Assembly (NCBI GenBank): GCA_905200715.1 | Contig: CAJKLK010000007.1 | Coordinates: forward strand, 21,040-85,039 | Direction of reading: 5' to 3' | Source of the DNA: an uncultured Collinsella sp. | GTDB lineage: Bacteria > Actinomycetota > Coriobacteriia > Coriobacteriales > Coriobacteriaceae | DNA: 64,000 nucleotides | Shown here: positions 17,425 through 27,475 of the stretch, piece by piece | How the letters are laid out: every line of letters starts with the position of its first letter | How positions within the stretch are numbered: the first letter of the stretch is position 1 | Made by a program: the position numbers and the translations under genes | The notes under the pieces: generated by a model | Told to the model about the DNA's origin: nothing | Database searches by the model: none | Seen by the model: the letters and a program-made list of their open reading frames with translations, nothing else

Positions 17425-18744
17425 ATGCCTACCGATTCCATCCGCGATGCCGCTTTTTGCGATGTCTTGAACCGCGAGCTTGTCTGTGCGCTCGGCTGCA
17501 CCGAGCCTATTGCCGTTGCCTATGCAGCGGCGCTGGCGAGCCAGACGCTCGGTTGCGAACCCGATCATATGGACGTTGCCTGCTCGGGCAACATCATCAA
17601 GAACGTTAAGAGCGTGACCGTGCCCAATTCGGGCGGTATGCACGGTATTGAAGCAGCGGCCGTGCTGGGTGCCGTGGGCGGTGACGCCAAGAGCGCGCTC
17701 GAGGTGCTCGAGAGCGTTAACGACGAAGATCGTGCTCGCGTGGCTGAGCTCCTCGCCGATGCCGGTTACTGCGATGTGTCGCTTGTCGAAGGTGTGCCCA
17801 ACCTCTACATCAAGGTGACTGCCACAGCCGGGGGCCATACCGCGGTCGTCGAGATTACCGACCACCACACCAATGTCACGTGCCATACGCTCGACGGTAT
17901 TCCGGTGTGCGGCAAGTCGGCGGGTGAGTGCGCCGCCTGCGCCGAGCGCGTCGTGGCCGAGCGGGCGGCGGATAAGGCCGACACGCCCATGTCGATTGAG
18001 TCCATCATCGACTTTATCGAGGATGGCGACATCGAGGGCGCCCGCGCTGCCGTTGAGCGCCAGATTGAGCTGAACGGCACGATCAGCGACGAGGGTCTGG
18101 CGCACGCTTGGGGTGCCGAGGTTGGCCGCACGCTGCTGGGCGCTCGTGCCGATGACGTCGCCTGCCGTGCCCGCGCCCGCGCAGCCGCCGGGTCCGACGC
18201 CCGCATGAACGGCTGCGCGCTTCCGGTTGCCATTGTGTGCGGCTCGGGCAACCAGGGCATTACCTGTGCCTTGCCCGTTATGGAATATGCCGAGTACCTG
18301 CGCTGCGACCACGAGCGCCTAGTGCGCGCCGTGATGCTGTCCGATCTTATCGCCGTGCATATCAAAAGTTATATTGGTGCGCTCTCGGCGTTTTGCGGTG
18401 CTATTTGCGCCGCGTGCGGTGCCGGTGCCGCGATTACCTGGCTGTGCGGTGGCACGCGCGAGCAGATTGGCGCGACAGTCTCGAACACGCTCGGCAACGT
18501 GGGCGGCATCGTGTGCGATGGCGCCAAGGCAAGCTGCGCCGCCAAGATTTCCGCTGCCGTTGATGCTGCGATTCTGGGTCATGATATGGCTATGCAGGGC
18601 CGCGGCTTCCGCGCCGGCGAGGGCCTGATCCAGGATACCGTCGAGCAGACAATCGCCAGCATGGGCTACGTGGGTCGCGTGGGCATGAAGGATACCGACG
18701 TCGAGATCCTCAACATCATGATCGGCAAGACTCGTATCTGTTAG
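17425..18744 (+). CDS. UPF0597 / L-cysteine desulfidase (YhaM/CyuA-like) family protein
   Basis: ALGCTEPIAVAYAAA N-terminal block and the GNVGGIVCDGAKASCA block of the serine-dehydratase-alpha-like family. Confidence 0.75.
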   Translation: MPTDSIRDAAFCDVLNRELVCALGCTEPIAVAYAAALASQTLGCEPDHMDVACSGNIIKNVKSVTVPNSGGMHGIEAAAVLGAVGGDAKSALEVLESVNDEDRARVAELLADAGYCDVSLVEGVPNLYIKVTATAGGHTAVVEITDHHTNVTCHTLDGIPVCGKSAGECAACAERVVAERAADKADTPMSIESIIDFIEDGDIEGARAAVERQIELNGTISDEGLAHAWGAEVGRTLLGARADDVACRARARAAAGSDARMNGCALPVAIVCGSGNQGITCALPVMEYAEYLRCDHERLVRAVMLSDLIAVHIKSYIGALSAFCGAICAACGAGAAITWLCGGTREQIGATVSNTLGNVGGIVCDGAKASCAAKISAAVDAAILGHDMAMQGRGFRAGEGLIQDTVEQTIASMGYVGRVGMKDTDVEILNIMIGKTRIC

Positions 18745-18776
18745 TTACGCGGTTTTACCAAACCGCGTAACCAGCC

Positions 18777-18886
18777 GACGCTGCAAACGCCCCTAAGCGG
18801 CAATCTGCCTTTCAATCGTCGGGCATGGCCAGAAGGCCTATGCCCTCCTCTTTCAAGGCACATTGCTCGCTTAGGGGCGTTTTCGC
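18777..18886. repeat. 110-nt long-hairpin element, family B, copy 1
   Basis: GACGCTGCAAACGCCCCTAAGCG...CGCTTAGGGGCGTTTTCGC. Aligns with 21888-21998, with compensatory arm changes. Confidence 0.8.
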
Positions 18887-18933
18887 TGACTTATGCTCAA
18901 CCTGCGGCGTTATTTTGTTTGGAGCGAGGGGTC

Positions 18934-19692
18934 CTATGACAGTTCGTCGGCTATTTGGTGCTCGTAGAAGGCTTCTACTACGGCGTTGAAGTCGCGGGCG
19001 AAGTCTTCCATGGTGCCGTGCCAGGTGGCTCGGCTTGGTTTGCCTTGGCCCACATAGGCGGTTTGGATACCGCAGGCGGGGCTGGGGAAGTCGCGCCTGG
19101 GGTCGTTGCCCACCATGAGGACCTCATGCGGCTCGAGTCCCATCACCTGAAGCTGCTCGAGATAGTAGGTGGCATCGGGCTTGCAGCGGGTGGTGTTTCC
19201 CATGTGCGTCACGAGCTCAAAGGGGACGTCGGCCAGGTCGCCCCAACCCATGCGGCACTCGATGGCCCCTTGCGGAAAGCTGGGATTGGTAAAGAGCGCG
19301 CAACGTAGTCCCGCATCCTTTACGGCCTGGAGCGCGGCGTGTGCGCCGGGCATGGCGTGGGCGTTGATGACATCGTCGTTCTTGTACGGAAGAACTTCGC
19401 GGTCGTAGTAGGTAAACGCCTCGTAGATGAGTGGGTCCGAGAGGCAGATGCCGCACCGGCGCTCAACCTCTTCTTGGTAAAACTCAAGATTGGTGCGATT
19501 ATCCGTGCCGCTACGGCGGTTGGCGTTGAGGTCGACCAAGATGGTGCCGAGGCGTGCCATCGTGCCACCGCGGCTGCGTCGCCCGATGTCCGCGAGCATC
19601 GACGAGACATCCTTAAAATACCGAAGGATGAACGCGTTGAGGTTGATGCTAAGAAGCGTTTCGTCCATATCGAAAACGACTGCTTTGAGCAC
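18934..19692 (-). CDS. HAD family hydrolase
   Basis: AVVFDMDETLL motif I and MVGNDPRRD motif IV region. Confidence 0.7.
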   Translation of the reverse strand: MLKAVVFDMDETLLSINLNAFILRYFKDVSSMLADIGRRSRGGTMARLGTILVDLNANRRSGTDNRTNLEFYQEEVERRCGICLSDPLIYEAFTYYDREVLPYKNDDVINAHAMPGAHAALQAVKDAGLRCALFTNPSFPQGAIECRMGWGDLADVPFELVTHMGNTTRCKPDATYYLEQLQVMGLEPHEVLMVGNDPRRDFPSPACGIQTAYVGQGKPSRATWHGTMEDFARDFNAVVEAFYEHQIADELS

Positions 19693-20008
19693 GCGGGCAC
19701 CTTTCTCGAAAAATCGTTCCAGAATCGTTGGCTCCGGATACTTTACCCCAAAGGCGTATGGGCAAACTGCTTATCGTCAAGTTGTGGAGACAGCTGTCCA
19801 TAAGATTACGAAAAAGTCTACACACGAGTAAAAAAACGCAGTTCACGCTTGAAATCGAACTCATTTCCCCGTAACCTATACGAACGTGATTGCATAAGCG
19901 TCACATTAGTATCTGTCGGCTCCCGAGTGTTCCTAAACGTTGTGTGCTTGTCGCACCCTTCTGTAGGTCCTAGCAATCGGGGCCCCGTAGTTCGAAAGGG
20001 GTCCACCT

Positions 20009-21175
20009 TTGAGTGAGATTCAGAACTCGTCCATTTTCTCTCTTGACGATGTCAATGAGGAGGAGATGAACAACCTCATCGACGGTACGATTACCGACTT
20101 TGATGAGGGCGATCTCGTTAACGGCACTGTCGTTAAGATCGAGCATGACGAGGTGCTCGTTGACATCGGATTCAAGTCCGAGGGCGTTATCCCGGTCCGC
20201 GAGCTGTCCATCCGCAAGGACGCTAACCCTGCAGACATCGTTGCACTCGGTGATCCCATCGAGGCCCTGGTTCTCCAGAAGGAGGACAAGGACGGTCGTC
20301 TTGTCCTGTCCAAGAAGCGTGCCGAGTACGAGCGTGCTTGGAACCGCATCGAGGAGAAGTTCAACTCCGGCGAGAACGTCGAGGGCGAGGTTATCGAGGT
20401 TGTCAAGGGCGGCCTGATCCTCGACATCGGTCTGCGTGGCTTCCTGCCCGCTTCCCTCGTCGACCTCCGTCGCGTCAAGGACCTCACCTCCTACATGGGC
20501 ACCCGCATCGAGGCCCGCGTCATCGAGATGGACCGCAACCGCAACAACGTCGTCCTCTCCCGTCGCGTCGTGCTCGAGGAGTCCCGTAAGGCCGAGCGCT
20601 CCGAGATCCTGTCCAAGCTCAAGTCTGGCATGCGTCTCCAGGGCACCGTTTCCTCTATCGTCGACTTCGGCGCCTTCGTCGACCTCGGCGGTATCGACGG
20701 CCTCATCCACATCTCCGAGCTCTCCTGGAACCACGTCAACCATCCTTCCGAGGTTGTCAAGGTCGGCCAGGAGGTCGAGGTCGAGGTTCTCGACGTCGAT
20801 CTCAACCGCGAGCGCATCTCCCTGGGTCTCAAGCAGACCACCGAGGATCCGTGGCGCGCACTGGTCAAGAAGTACCCCGTCGGCGCTATCGTCGAGGGCA
20901 CTGTGACCAAGCTTGTCCCGTTCGGCGCTTTCGTCGACCTGGGCGAAGGCATCGAGGGCCTGGTGCACATCTCCGAGATGGCCAACAAGCACGTCGACCA
21001 GCCTTCTCAGGTCACCCACGTGGGCGACAAGGTTCAGGTCAAGGTCATGGAGATCGACCTCGACCGTCGTCGCATCTCCCTGTCCATGAAGTCTGCTGCT
21101 GAGACTCTGGGCGTCGAGATTGAGGTTACCCCGCTGCCTTCCGAGAAGAAGGACGAGGAGACCGACGCCGAGTAA
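20009..21175 (+). CDS. rpsA: 30S ribosomal protein S1
   Basis: Four S1 repeats (GxVxxIxxFGAFVDLGG-type). TTG start behind GAAAGGGG. Confidence 0.95.
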   Translation: MSEIQNSSIFSLDDVNEEEMNNLIDGTITDFDEGDLVNGTVVKIEHDEVLVDIGFKSEGVIPVRELSIRKDANPADIVALGDPIEALVLQKEDKDGRLVLSKKRAEYERAWNRIEEKFNSGENVEGEVIEVVKGGLILDIGLRGFLPASLVDLRRVKDLTSYMGTRIEARVIEMDRNRNNVVLSRRVVLEESRKAERSEILSKLKSGMRLQGTVSSIVDFGAFVDLGGIDGLIHISELSWNHVNHPSEVVKVGQEVEVEVLDVDLNRERISLGLKQTTEDPWRALVKKYPVGAIVEGTVTKLVPFGAFVDLGEGIEGLVHISEMANKHVDQPSQVTHVGDKVQVKVMEIDLDRRRISLSMKSAAETLGVEIEVTPLPSEKKDEETDAE

Positions 21176-21199
21176 ATCGGTTTGACGATCACTTGTTTT

Positions 21200-21234
21200 A
21201 AGGGATCCGTCCGCAATGGACGGGTCCCTTTTTG
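21200..21234 (+). terminator. rho-independent terminator after rpsA
   Basis: AAGGGATCCGTCC-GCAAT-GGACGGGTCCCTT followed by TTTGC. Confidence 0.8.
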
Positions 21235-21516
21235 CATTTGGCGGTGAGATGTACGATGCTGCCCCGGCTTAATGTTGTCCGGGCTGTCTGTTTGGTATTG
21301 GGTTGTCAGTGCATGAAAAAATGCCGACATCCCGCCTCGGGGAGGAGGCGGGAACGCACCGAGTAGACGGAGGGGTACGGAGCGCGGTCGCGTCTCGACT
21401 GACGACGTTGCCCATCGACAAGCCTATTGTACTGCATGGCGTGGTTCTTGGTTTATCGTGTCGAACGCTTGCGTTGTGCCATTGCCAATAGCGACGGTGT
21501 GCTACACTCTTGCACT

Positions 21517-21878
21517 GCTGAGTGGGCCAGACGGTCGCGCGATGTGCTGCTTGCAGCACGCGTGAGGAAAGTCCGGGCTCCAGAGGGCGGGATGCCGGCT
21601 AACGGCCGGGCGGAGTGATCCGACGGAAAGCGCCGCAGAAAAGAAGACTCCCACCTGCGCCGCAAGGCGTAAAGGGAAAAGCTGAAACGGTGGTGTAAGA
21701 GACCACCAGCGTCGTGGCAACACGGCGGCTTGGCAAGCCCCATCCGGAGCAAGCGCGAATAGGAACGCTACGGGCCGGCCCGGTCCGCGTTCGGGTAGCG
21801 TGCGTGGAGCTGCACGGTAACGTGCAGACAAGATAAATGACCGTTCACGACAGAACCCGGCTTATAGGCCCACTCAGC
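21517..21878 (+). ncRNA. rnpB: RNase P RNA, bacterial type A
   Basis: GAGGAAAGTCCGGGCTCC and ACAGAACCCGGCTTA (P4 strands). Terminal P1 pairing is GCTGAGTGGGCC / GGCCCACTCAGC. Confidence 0.9.
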
Positions 21879-21887
21879 AACTATGTT

Positions 21888-21998
21888 GACGCTGCGAACC
21901 CGTCAGCGCGGCAACCTGCCTTTCAAGCCTTCGGGCATGACCCTAAGGTCAATGCCCTCGTCTTTCAAGGCACCTTGCTCGCGCTGACGGGTTCTCGC
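21888..21998. repeat. 110-nt long-hairpin element, family B, copy 2
   Basis: GACGCTGCGAACCCGTCAGCGCG...CGCGCTGACGGGTTCTCGC. Starts 10 nt after the rnpB 3' end. Confidence 0.8.
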
Positions 21999-22152
21999 TT
22001 TCGTTGCCGGAATCATCGGCGGTTCCGTTCTTAGCGTCTCGCTGTCTTTGCCTGGTCATTGGCGTTGCCATTCTATTTACCGGGGTTATCGGTACGGGCT
22101 TTGCCGTATTATTGAGGCTGTTTGTTGCTGCGCTTTATTCTGTTGAGGGGCT

Positions 22153-22791
22153 TTGTTGGACAGCTATTTTACTCTGCAATCGAATATTGAGGCTACGGGC
22201 GAGTTTGTGGACCGCAAGAGTCGGTTTATTGCCCAGCTGGTCCATATTGAGTCCGAGGACGAGGCGAATGCTTTTATCGAGATGGTTCGCAAACGTCATT
22301 ACGACGCTCGGCATAATGTTCCCGCGTGGATTTTGGTCGATGGACGCGAGCGCCAGAGCGATGATGGTGAGCCGAGCCGCACGAGCGGCATGCCGACACT
22401 CGAGGTGCTGCGCGGTGCGGGTCTCAAAAATGTTTGCTGCGTAGTGACGCGCTATTTTGGTGGCACGCTGTTGGGGCCTGGTGGTTTGGTGCGCGCCTAT
22501 ACCGCGGCGACGCAGGCGGCGGTGGCCGCGGCTCAGGAGGCCGGGCAGATCGTCGAGATGACGAGCGTCGTGCCGGTTGATGTGCATGTGGCCTATCCAC
22601 AGTATGAGCAGGTGCTTCGCTTGGCCCAGGATTCGGGTGCCAAGGTTTTGGATACCGATTACGCAGATGCCGTGACACTTCACTTGGTGTTTAAGGCGGG
22701 GGAGCAGGAGCCGTTTTGCGCCAAGATGCGCGAGCTTATGGCGGGGCGCGAGGAGATCGAGGTCGGCGCTCCCGAATTTGCTGAGTTCTAA
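22153..22791 (+). CDS. yigZ: YigZ/IMPACT (UPF0029) family protein
   Basis: KSRFIAQL...ARHNVPAW...DDGEPSRTSG...VVTRYFGGTLLGPGGLVRAY blocks. Confidence 0.8.
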   Translation: MLDSYFTLQSNIEATGEFVDRKSRFIAQLVHIESEDEANAFIEMVRKRHYDARHNVPAWILVDGRERQSDDGEPSRTSGMPTLEVLRGAGLKNVCCVVTRYFGGTLLGPGGLVRAYTAATQAAVAAAQEAGQIVEMTSVVPVDVHVAYPQYEQVLRLAQDSGAKVLDTDYADAVTLHLVFKAGEQEPFCAKMRELMAGREEIEVGAPEFAEF

Positions 22792-22858
22792 CGGCGACGG
22801 CCGGCGTGCTTTTGGATGAATCTCAAGCGCGCCGGCCGTCGTTTTCTGTTGCTACCGT

Positions 22859-23305
22859 TTACTCGGCGAGCTGCTTTAGCATATCGCAGGCGATTTCGAC
22901 GGCATCGTCGATGCAGCCGGGACAGCTGCGGAGCGGACCCTTATCCGATCCGACGCCCTTGAGCGTGCCGCAGACGGTCGTCGTGTTCTTCGTTTTAAAG
23001 CGCTTGGCGATTTCGCGCGACAGCTTGTAGGTCTGGCCCTTGGTCTTGGGGTTTTCCATGCCATCGCTCATTACAAAGCCCATGATGGCCACGGCGCCCG
23101 AGATGGCGCCGCAGGTTTCGGTCATGCCGCCCATGCCGGCGCCAAAGCCCTCGGTGAGGGTAAAGGCGACCTGAGGGTCGAGTCCGACGGCAGGTGCGAG
23201 CGTGCAGGCGACGGCCTGCGCGCAGTTAAAGCCACGGGCGTGGTATTCGGCAGCCTGAGCCTGACAGGCGTTGATGTCGAGCTGGGCCGTATCGATTTGC
23301 TTCAT
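22859..23305 (-). CDS. C_GCAxxG_C_C family redox protein
   Basis: GFNCAQAV and TCGAISGA (CGAxxG) motifs plus a C-terminal Cys pair. ATG complement at 23303-23305 behind AAGGAGA. Confidence 0.7.
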   Translation of the reverse strand: MKQIDTAQLDINACQAQAAEYHARGFNCAQAVACTLAPAVGLDPQVAFTLTEGFGAGMGGMTETCGAISGAVAIMGFVMSDGMENPKTKGQTYKLSREIAKRFKTKNTTTVCGTLKGVGSDKGPLRSCPGCIDDAVEIACDMLKQLAE

Positions 23306-23535
23306 CGTTGTCTCCTTGGTCACGGTGTACCCGCCTATGGTACCCGTGACGGTGCGTGTAATCATCGAGAGCTTCATGTATGCCTCATTTTTCTCTGTCG
23401 AGCAAATGCCCAAGGCTTGAGATAAATACCCCTGATCGATTTGTCCTATAACCTACCTTGGGGATGGGTTGAGAGGGGTGCAGGGTAGCGGTATCGTGAA
23501 CCGAATAAAACAAAACCCAAGTAAGGGAGTTGGAT

Positions 23536-24819
23536 ATGAGCGAGCAGACCATCGGTACGACGTGTGTTCAGGGCGGTTATCGCCCGGGCGATGCAGAGCC
23601 GCGTCAGGTGCCTATCTACCAGTCAACCACGTGGAAGTACGACACGTCCGAGCACATGGGCAAGCTGTTCGACCTTGAGGAGTCGGGCTACTTCTACAGC
23701 CGTCTGCAGAACCCCACGTGTGACCTGGTTGCTGCCAAGATTTGCGAGATGGAGGGCGGTACCGCTGCGATGCTCACGAGCTCGGGCATGGCCGCGAACT
23801 TCCTTGCGATCTTTAACGTTGCCGGTGCCGGCGATCACGTGGTCGCGAGCTCTGCCATCTACGGCGGTACCTACAACCTACTCGCCCATACCATGGAGCG
23901 AATGGGTCTGACCTGCACCTTCGTTGCCCCCGACTGCACCGATGAGGAGCTGGAGGCCGCCTTCCAGCCCAACACCAAGCTCGTCTTTGGCGAGACCATT
24001 GCCAACCCCGCCCTCGCCGTGCTCGACATTGAGCGCTTTGCCAGGGCCGCGCATGACCACGGTGTGCCGCTGATGGTCGACAACACCTTCCCGACCCCCG
24101 TGATGTGCCGTCCCTTTGAGTGGGGCGCTGACATCGTTACGCACTCCACCACCAAGTACATGGATGGGCATGCTGCCTACCTGGGCGGCGTGATCGTCGA
24201 TCACGGCCAGTTTGACTGGATGGCTCATGCGGACAAGTTCCCGGGTCTCACCACGCCCGACGAGAGCTACCACGGCGTGACGTATGCCGAGAAGTTCGGT
24301 CGCGAGGGTGCCTTCATTACCAAGGCCACCGCGCAGCTCATGCGCGACCTTGGCCCCATGCAGAACCCGCAGGCGGCGTTCTTCCTGAACAGCTCGCTCG
24401 AGAGCCTGCATGTGCGCATGCCGCGTCACTGCGAGAACGGCCTGGCCGTTGCCAAGTTCCTGCAGAGTCATCCCAAAGTGCGCTTTGTGAGCTATCCGGG
24501 CCTGGAGGGCGATAAGTACTATGACCTGGCTCAGAAGTACATGCCCAACGGTACCTGCGGCGTCGTGAGCTTTGGCTTTAACGGTGGTCGCGCGGCGGCC
24601 GAGACCTTTATGAAGAGCCTTAAGCTCGCCCAGATCGCCACGCATGTGGCTGACGCCCGCACCTGCTGCCTACATCCCGCTAACGCCACGCATCGCCAGA
24701 TGAACGATGAGGAGCTCATCGCCTGTGGCATTTCCGCCGACATGGTGCGCCTGTCGTGCGGTCTCGAGGACACGGCCGACCTGATTGCCGACCTTGAGCA
24801 GGCGCTCGAGCAGTGCTAG
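23536..24819 (+). CDS. metY: O-acetylhomoserine aminocarboxypropyltransferase / sulfhydrylase
   Basis: Cys/Met-metabolism PLP enzyme. HSTTKYMDGH PLP-lysine block, length 427 aa. Confidence 0.9.
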   Translation: MSEQTIGTTCVQGGYRPGDAEPRQVPIYQSTTWKYDTSEHMGKLFDLEESGYFYSRLQNPTCDLVAAKICEMEGGTAAMLTSSGMAANFLAIFNVAGAGDHVVASSAIYGGTYNLLAHTMERMGLTCTFVAPDCTDEELEAAFQPNTKLVFGETIANPALAVLDIERFARAAHDHGVPLMVDNTFPTPVMCRPFEWGADIVTHSTTKYMDGHAAYLGGVIVDHGQFDWMAHADKFPGLTTPDESYHGVTYAEKFGREGAFITKATAQLMRDLGPMQNPQAAFFLNSSLESLHVRMPRHCENGLAVAKFLQSHPKVRFVSYPGLEGDKYYDLAQKYMPNGTCGVVSFGFNGGRAAAETFMKSLKLAQIATHVADARTCCLHPANATHRQMNDEELIACGISADMVRLSCGLEDTADLIADLEQALEQC

Positions 24820-24887
24820 GCTAGCGTTCGCATAAGTCGCCGATGCTGGCAGAAAGCTCCGGCGACCTTTCGTTCCGATTCCGTAGG

Positions 24888-24935
24888 CGGGACCCCAATC
24901 GCGACTGTTCGCAGGCGATCGGGGTCCCGTTTTTG
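24888..24935 (+). terminator. rho-independent terminator after metY
   Basis: CGGGACCCCAATCGC...GCGATCGGGGTCCCG followed by TTTTT. Confidence 0.75.
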
Positions 24936-24954
24936 CGTTGCGCCACTCGAAAGG

Positions 24955-26265
24955 ATGGATATGGAGAAAACTGCAGAGCAGCTGCGCCGCGAGCACATTG
25001 CCCTAGAGGGCGACACCCATGGCAAGAACAAATGGGCGATTCTGTTTACCGTGCTCATCATGACGTTTATGGTGTGTCTGGATTCGACCGTCGTGACCGT
25101 GGCGCTGCCCGTGATGCAAAAGGAGCTGGGCGTGGGCCTCGATCGCATTCAGCTGGTGAGCTCGGTGTATCTGCTTGCGACATGCGTGGCTATGTTGCCG
25201 TTTGGCCGTCTGGGCGACGTGCGTGGCAAGGTGGGCGTATTCCAGCTAGGCGTGATCGTCTTTACGGCCGGCTCGCTGCTTTGTGGCCTTTCGGCCTCGC
25301 TTGAAGTTCTTATTCTGGCACGCATTGTGCAGGGCGTCGGTTGCGCGGCGGCCATGGCAAACAACATGGGTATCATCACCGAGTCTTTTCCGGCGCGCGA
25401 ACGAGGTCGTGCCATGGGTATTCTCGCGACCTTCGTGGCCCTCGGCATGATGTGTGGCCCCGTGCTCGGCGGTATGCTGGTGGCAAGCTTTCCCTGGGAG
25501 AGCATCTTCCTCATTAACCTGCCCATTGGCGTCATCTCGTTTATCGTGGGGCTCCACACGCTGCCGCATGTTAAGCCGGAGGCCGGCGAGCGCCCCATGT
25601 CCCTGATCGAGGCCGCTCGTCGCTGCTTTGCAAATTCGGCCTTCACCATCAACCTTGCCTGCATGCTCATCGTGTTCGTTGGTATTGGCGCATCCGAGTT
25701 TATTCTGCCGTTCTATTTTCAGGACGCCCACGGCTTTGGTTCCGACATTTCCGGACTGCTCTTTTTGGCGCTGCCGATGGTGAATGCCTTTATCGGTCCG
25801 CTTTCGGGTACGGTTTCGGACCGTGTTGGCTGCGAGGGCCCCACGGCGGTCGGTCTGGGCGTGTACGTGTGCGGTCTTTTTGCGGTAAGCACGCTCGACG
25901 AGCACTCTTCCATCCCCGTGATTGTGTGCTGCGTCGCATTTATGTCGTGCGGCACGTCGATTTTCCAGAGCCCCAACAACTCCCTGTATATGGGCTCGGC
26001 TCCGCGCGAGGCGCTCGGTTTTGCGGGCAGCTTGGGCAGTTTGGCGCGCTATGCCGGCATGGCACTCGGTATTACGGTGGCGTCGAATATCCTATATGGG
26101 CAGATGAGCGTGGCGATGGGCGAGGCCGTGACCAGTTTTGTTGCAGGTCGTCCGGATGTGTTCCTGTTCGGCTTTCGCTCGGTGTTCTACGTGCTCATGG
26201 CTGTGGCCGCTGTGGGCTTTGCGCTCGCCATGGTGCGTTTGGTGAAGATGCGCGCCCGCCATTAG
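24955..26265 (+). CDS. MFS transporter (drug:H+ antiporter-like)
   Basis: 12 or more predicted TM segments. The LPFGRLGDVRGK loop 2-3 motif is typical of MFS. Confidence 0.8.
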   Translation: MDMEKTAEQLRREHIALEGDTHGKNKWAILFTVLIMTFMVCLDSTVVTVALPVMQKELGVGLDRIQLVSSVYLLATCVAMLPFGRLGDVRGKVGVFQLGVIVFTAGSLLCGLSASLEVLILARIVQGVGCAAAMANNMGIITESFPARERGRAMGILATFVALGMMCGPVLGGMLVASFPWESIFLINLPIGVISFIVGLHTLPHVKPEAGERPMSLIEAARRCFANSAFTINLACMLIVFVGIGASEFILPFYFQDAHGFGSDISGLLFLALPMVNAFIGPLSGTVSDRVGCEGPTAVGLGVYVCGLFAVSTLDEHSSIPVIVCCVAFMSCGTSIFQSPNNSLYMGSAPREALGFAGSLGSLARYAGMALGITVASNILYGQMSVAMGEAVTSFVAGRPDVFLFGFRSVFYVLMAVAAVGFALAMVRLVKMRARH

Positions 26266-26422
26266 CGTGTTGAGAGACTGTCTTCCACGATTCGCGCCGT
26301 CCCAAAAAGACTGGTTTGTGGTGCGATGCGGCTTGTGGGGCGGGCGGGGGTCGGTCCGTGGTAGACTATCGAACAACGTTTATTAATCGCGCGGTATCGT
26401 TGCCGCGAGAAGGGGTTGCGCC

Positions 26423-27001
26423 ATGCAGGAGCTTGAGGATCGTATTCGCCATGACGGCATCGTGAAGGCCGGTAACGTCCTTAAGGTTGATGCCTTCCTC
26501 AACCACCAATGCGACGTTGAGCTGTTCGACCACATGGGCGCCGAGTGGGCCCGTCTGTTCGAGGGTGCCGAGATCAACAAGATCCTGACGATCGAGGCTT
26601 CGGGCATTGGCATGGCTTGCATCGCAGCTCAGCATTTTGGCGGCGTGCCGGTGGTCTTTGCCAAGAAGGCGCAGTCCATCAACCTCGACGGCGAGCAGTA
26701 TGCCACGACCATCTACTCCTTTACCAAGCAAAAGGAGTACCCGGTCATCGTTGGCAAGCGCTTCCTGTCCGAGGGCGACAAGGTCCTGATCATCGACGAC
26801 TTCCTGGCCAACGGCTGCGCGCTCGAGGGCCTTATCAAGATCTGCGAGGCTGCGGGTGCCGAGGTGTCCGGTATTGGCATTGCCGTGGAGAAGGGCTTCC
26901 AGGGCGGCGGCGACAAGCTCCGCGAGCGCGGCTTCCGCGTCGAGAGCCTGGCCCGTATCGCCGATATGGACTGCGAGACCGGCGAGATCACCTTCGCCTA
27001 G
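26423..27001 (+). CDS. xpt: xanthine phosphoribosyltransferase
   Basis: [14 protein letters not shown]...[12 protein letters not shown]-terminus and the [15 protein letters not shown] motif. Confidence 0.9.
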   Translation: MQELEDRIRHDGIVKAGNVLKVDAFLNHQCDVELFDHMGAEWARLFEGAEINKILTIEASGIGMACIAAQHFGGVPVVFAKKAQSINLDGEQYATTIYSFTKQKEYPVIVGKRFLSEGDKVLIIDDFLANGCALEGLIKICEAAGAEVSGIGIAVEKGFQGGGDKLRERGFRVESLARIADMDCETGEITFA

Positions 27002-27028
27002 GCGCGCAACACAAGCGATTGGTATGCG

Positions 27029-27065
27029 ATGTGACAAAGGGACCGTCCCTTTGTCACATTTTTTG
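27029..27065 (+). terminator. rho-independent terminator after xpt
   Basis: ATGTGACAAAGGGA-CCG-TCCCTTTGTCACAT followed by TTTTTG. Confidence 0.8.
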
Positions 27066-27084
27066 TATGAGGGGAGGTGTTGAT

Positions 27085-27465
27085 ATGGATGAGAACAAGA
27101 TGGGATGGCGCGAGTATGCGCGCTATGCCGAGATGTCGGCCGAGGAGTTGGCGCGCGATTGCGAGGCGCAGGTGTTTCGCGCGACGGGTCCGGGCGGACA
27201 AGGTGTGAACACGACGGACTCGGCGGTGCGCATGAAACATATCCCTTCGGGAATTACCGTGACGGCGCGCGAGAGCCGCAGTCAGTTCCAAAACCGTAGT
27301 AGCTGCCTGCGTAAGCTGCGCGCTGAGCTCGAGCGTCGCGGGCGTCCACCGCGCCGACGCGTAAAGACCAAGGTGCCTCAGCGCTCTCGCCAGCGCAGGC
27401 TCAATGACAAGCACTTCAACGCGATTAAAAAGGCTAACCGCCGCAAGCCGAGCGGGGAGGAATGA
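27085..27465 (+). CDS. arfB: alternative ribosome-rescue factor ArfB (peptidyl-tRNA hydrolase, RF-1 domain)
   Basis: TGPGGQGVNTTDSAV GGQ motif, 126 aa, basic C-terminal tail. ATG 27085 behind GGGGAGG. Confidence 0.85.
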   Translation: MDENKMGWREYARYAEMSAEELARDCEAQVFRATGPGGQGVNTTDSAVRMKHIPSGITVTARESRSQFQNRSSCLRKLRAELERRGRPPRRRVKTKVPQRSRQRRLNDKHFNAIKKANRRKPSGEE

Positions 27466-27475
27466 TCTTCTCAAT

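Noticed and set aside
23414-23535. SAM riboswitch or T-box upstream of metY
   Set aside because: I could not find SAM-I or SAM-IV core elements, or a T-box specifier/antiterminator sequence. A covariance-model scan would be needed to exclude other classes.
26340-26422. Purine riboswitch upstream of xpt
   Set aside because: TTAATCGCGCGGTATCGTTGCCGCGAG resembles only the P2 part. No P3 arm or conserved J2/3 and J3/1 sequences fit before the start codon.
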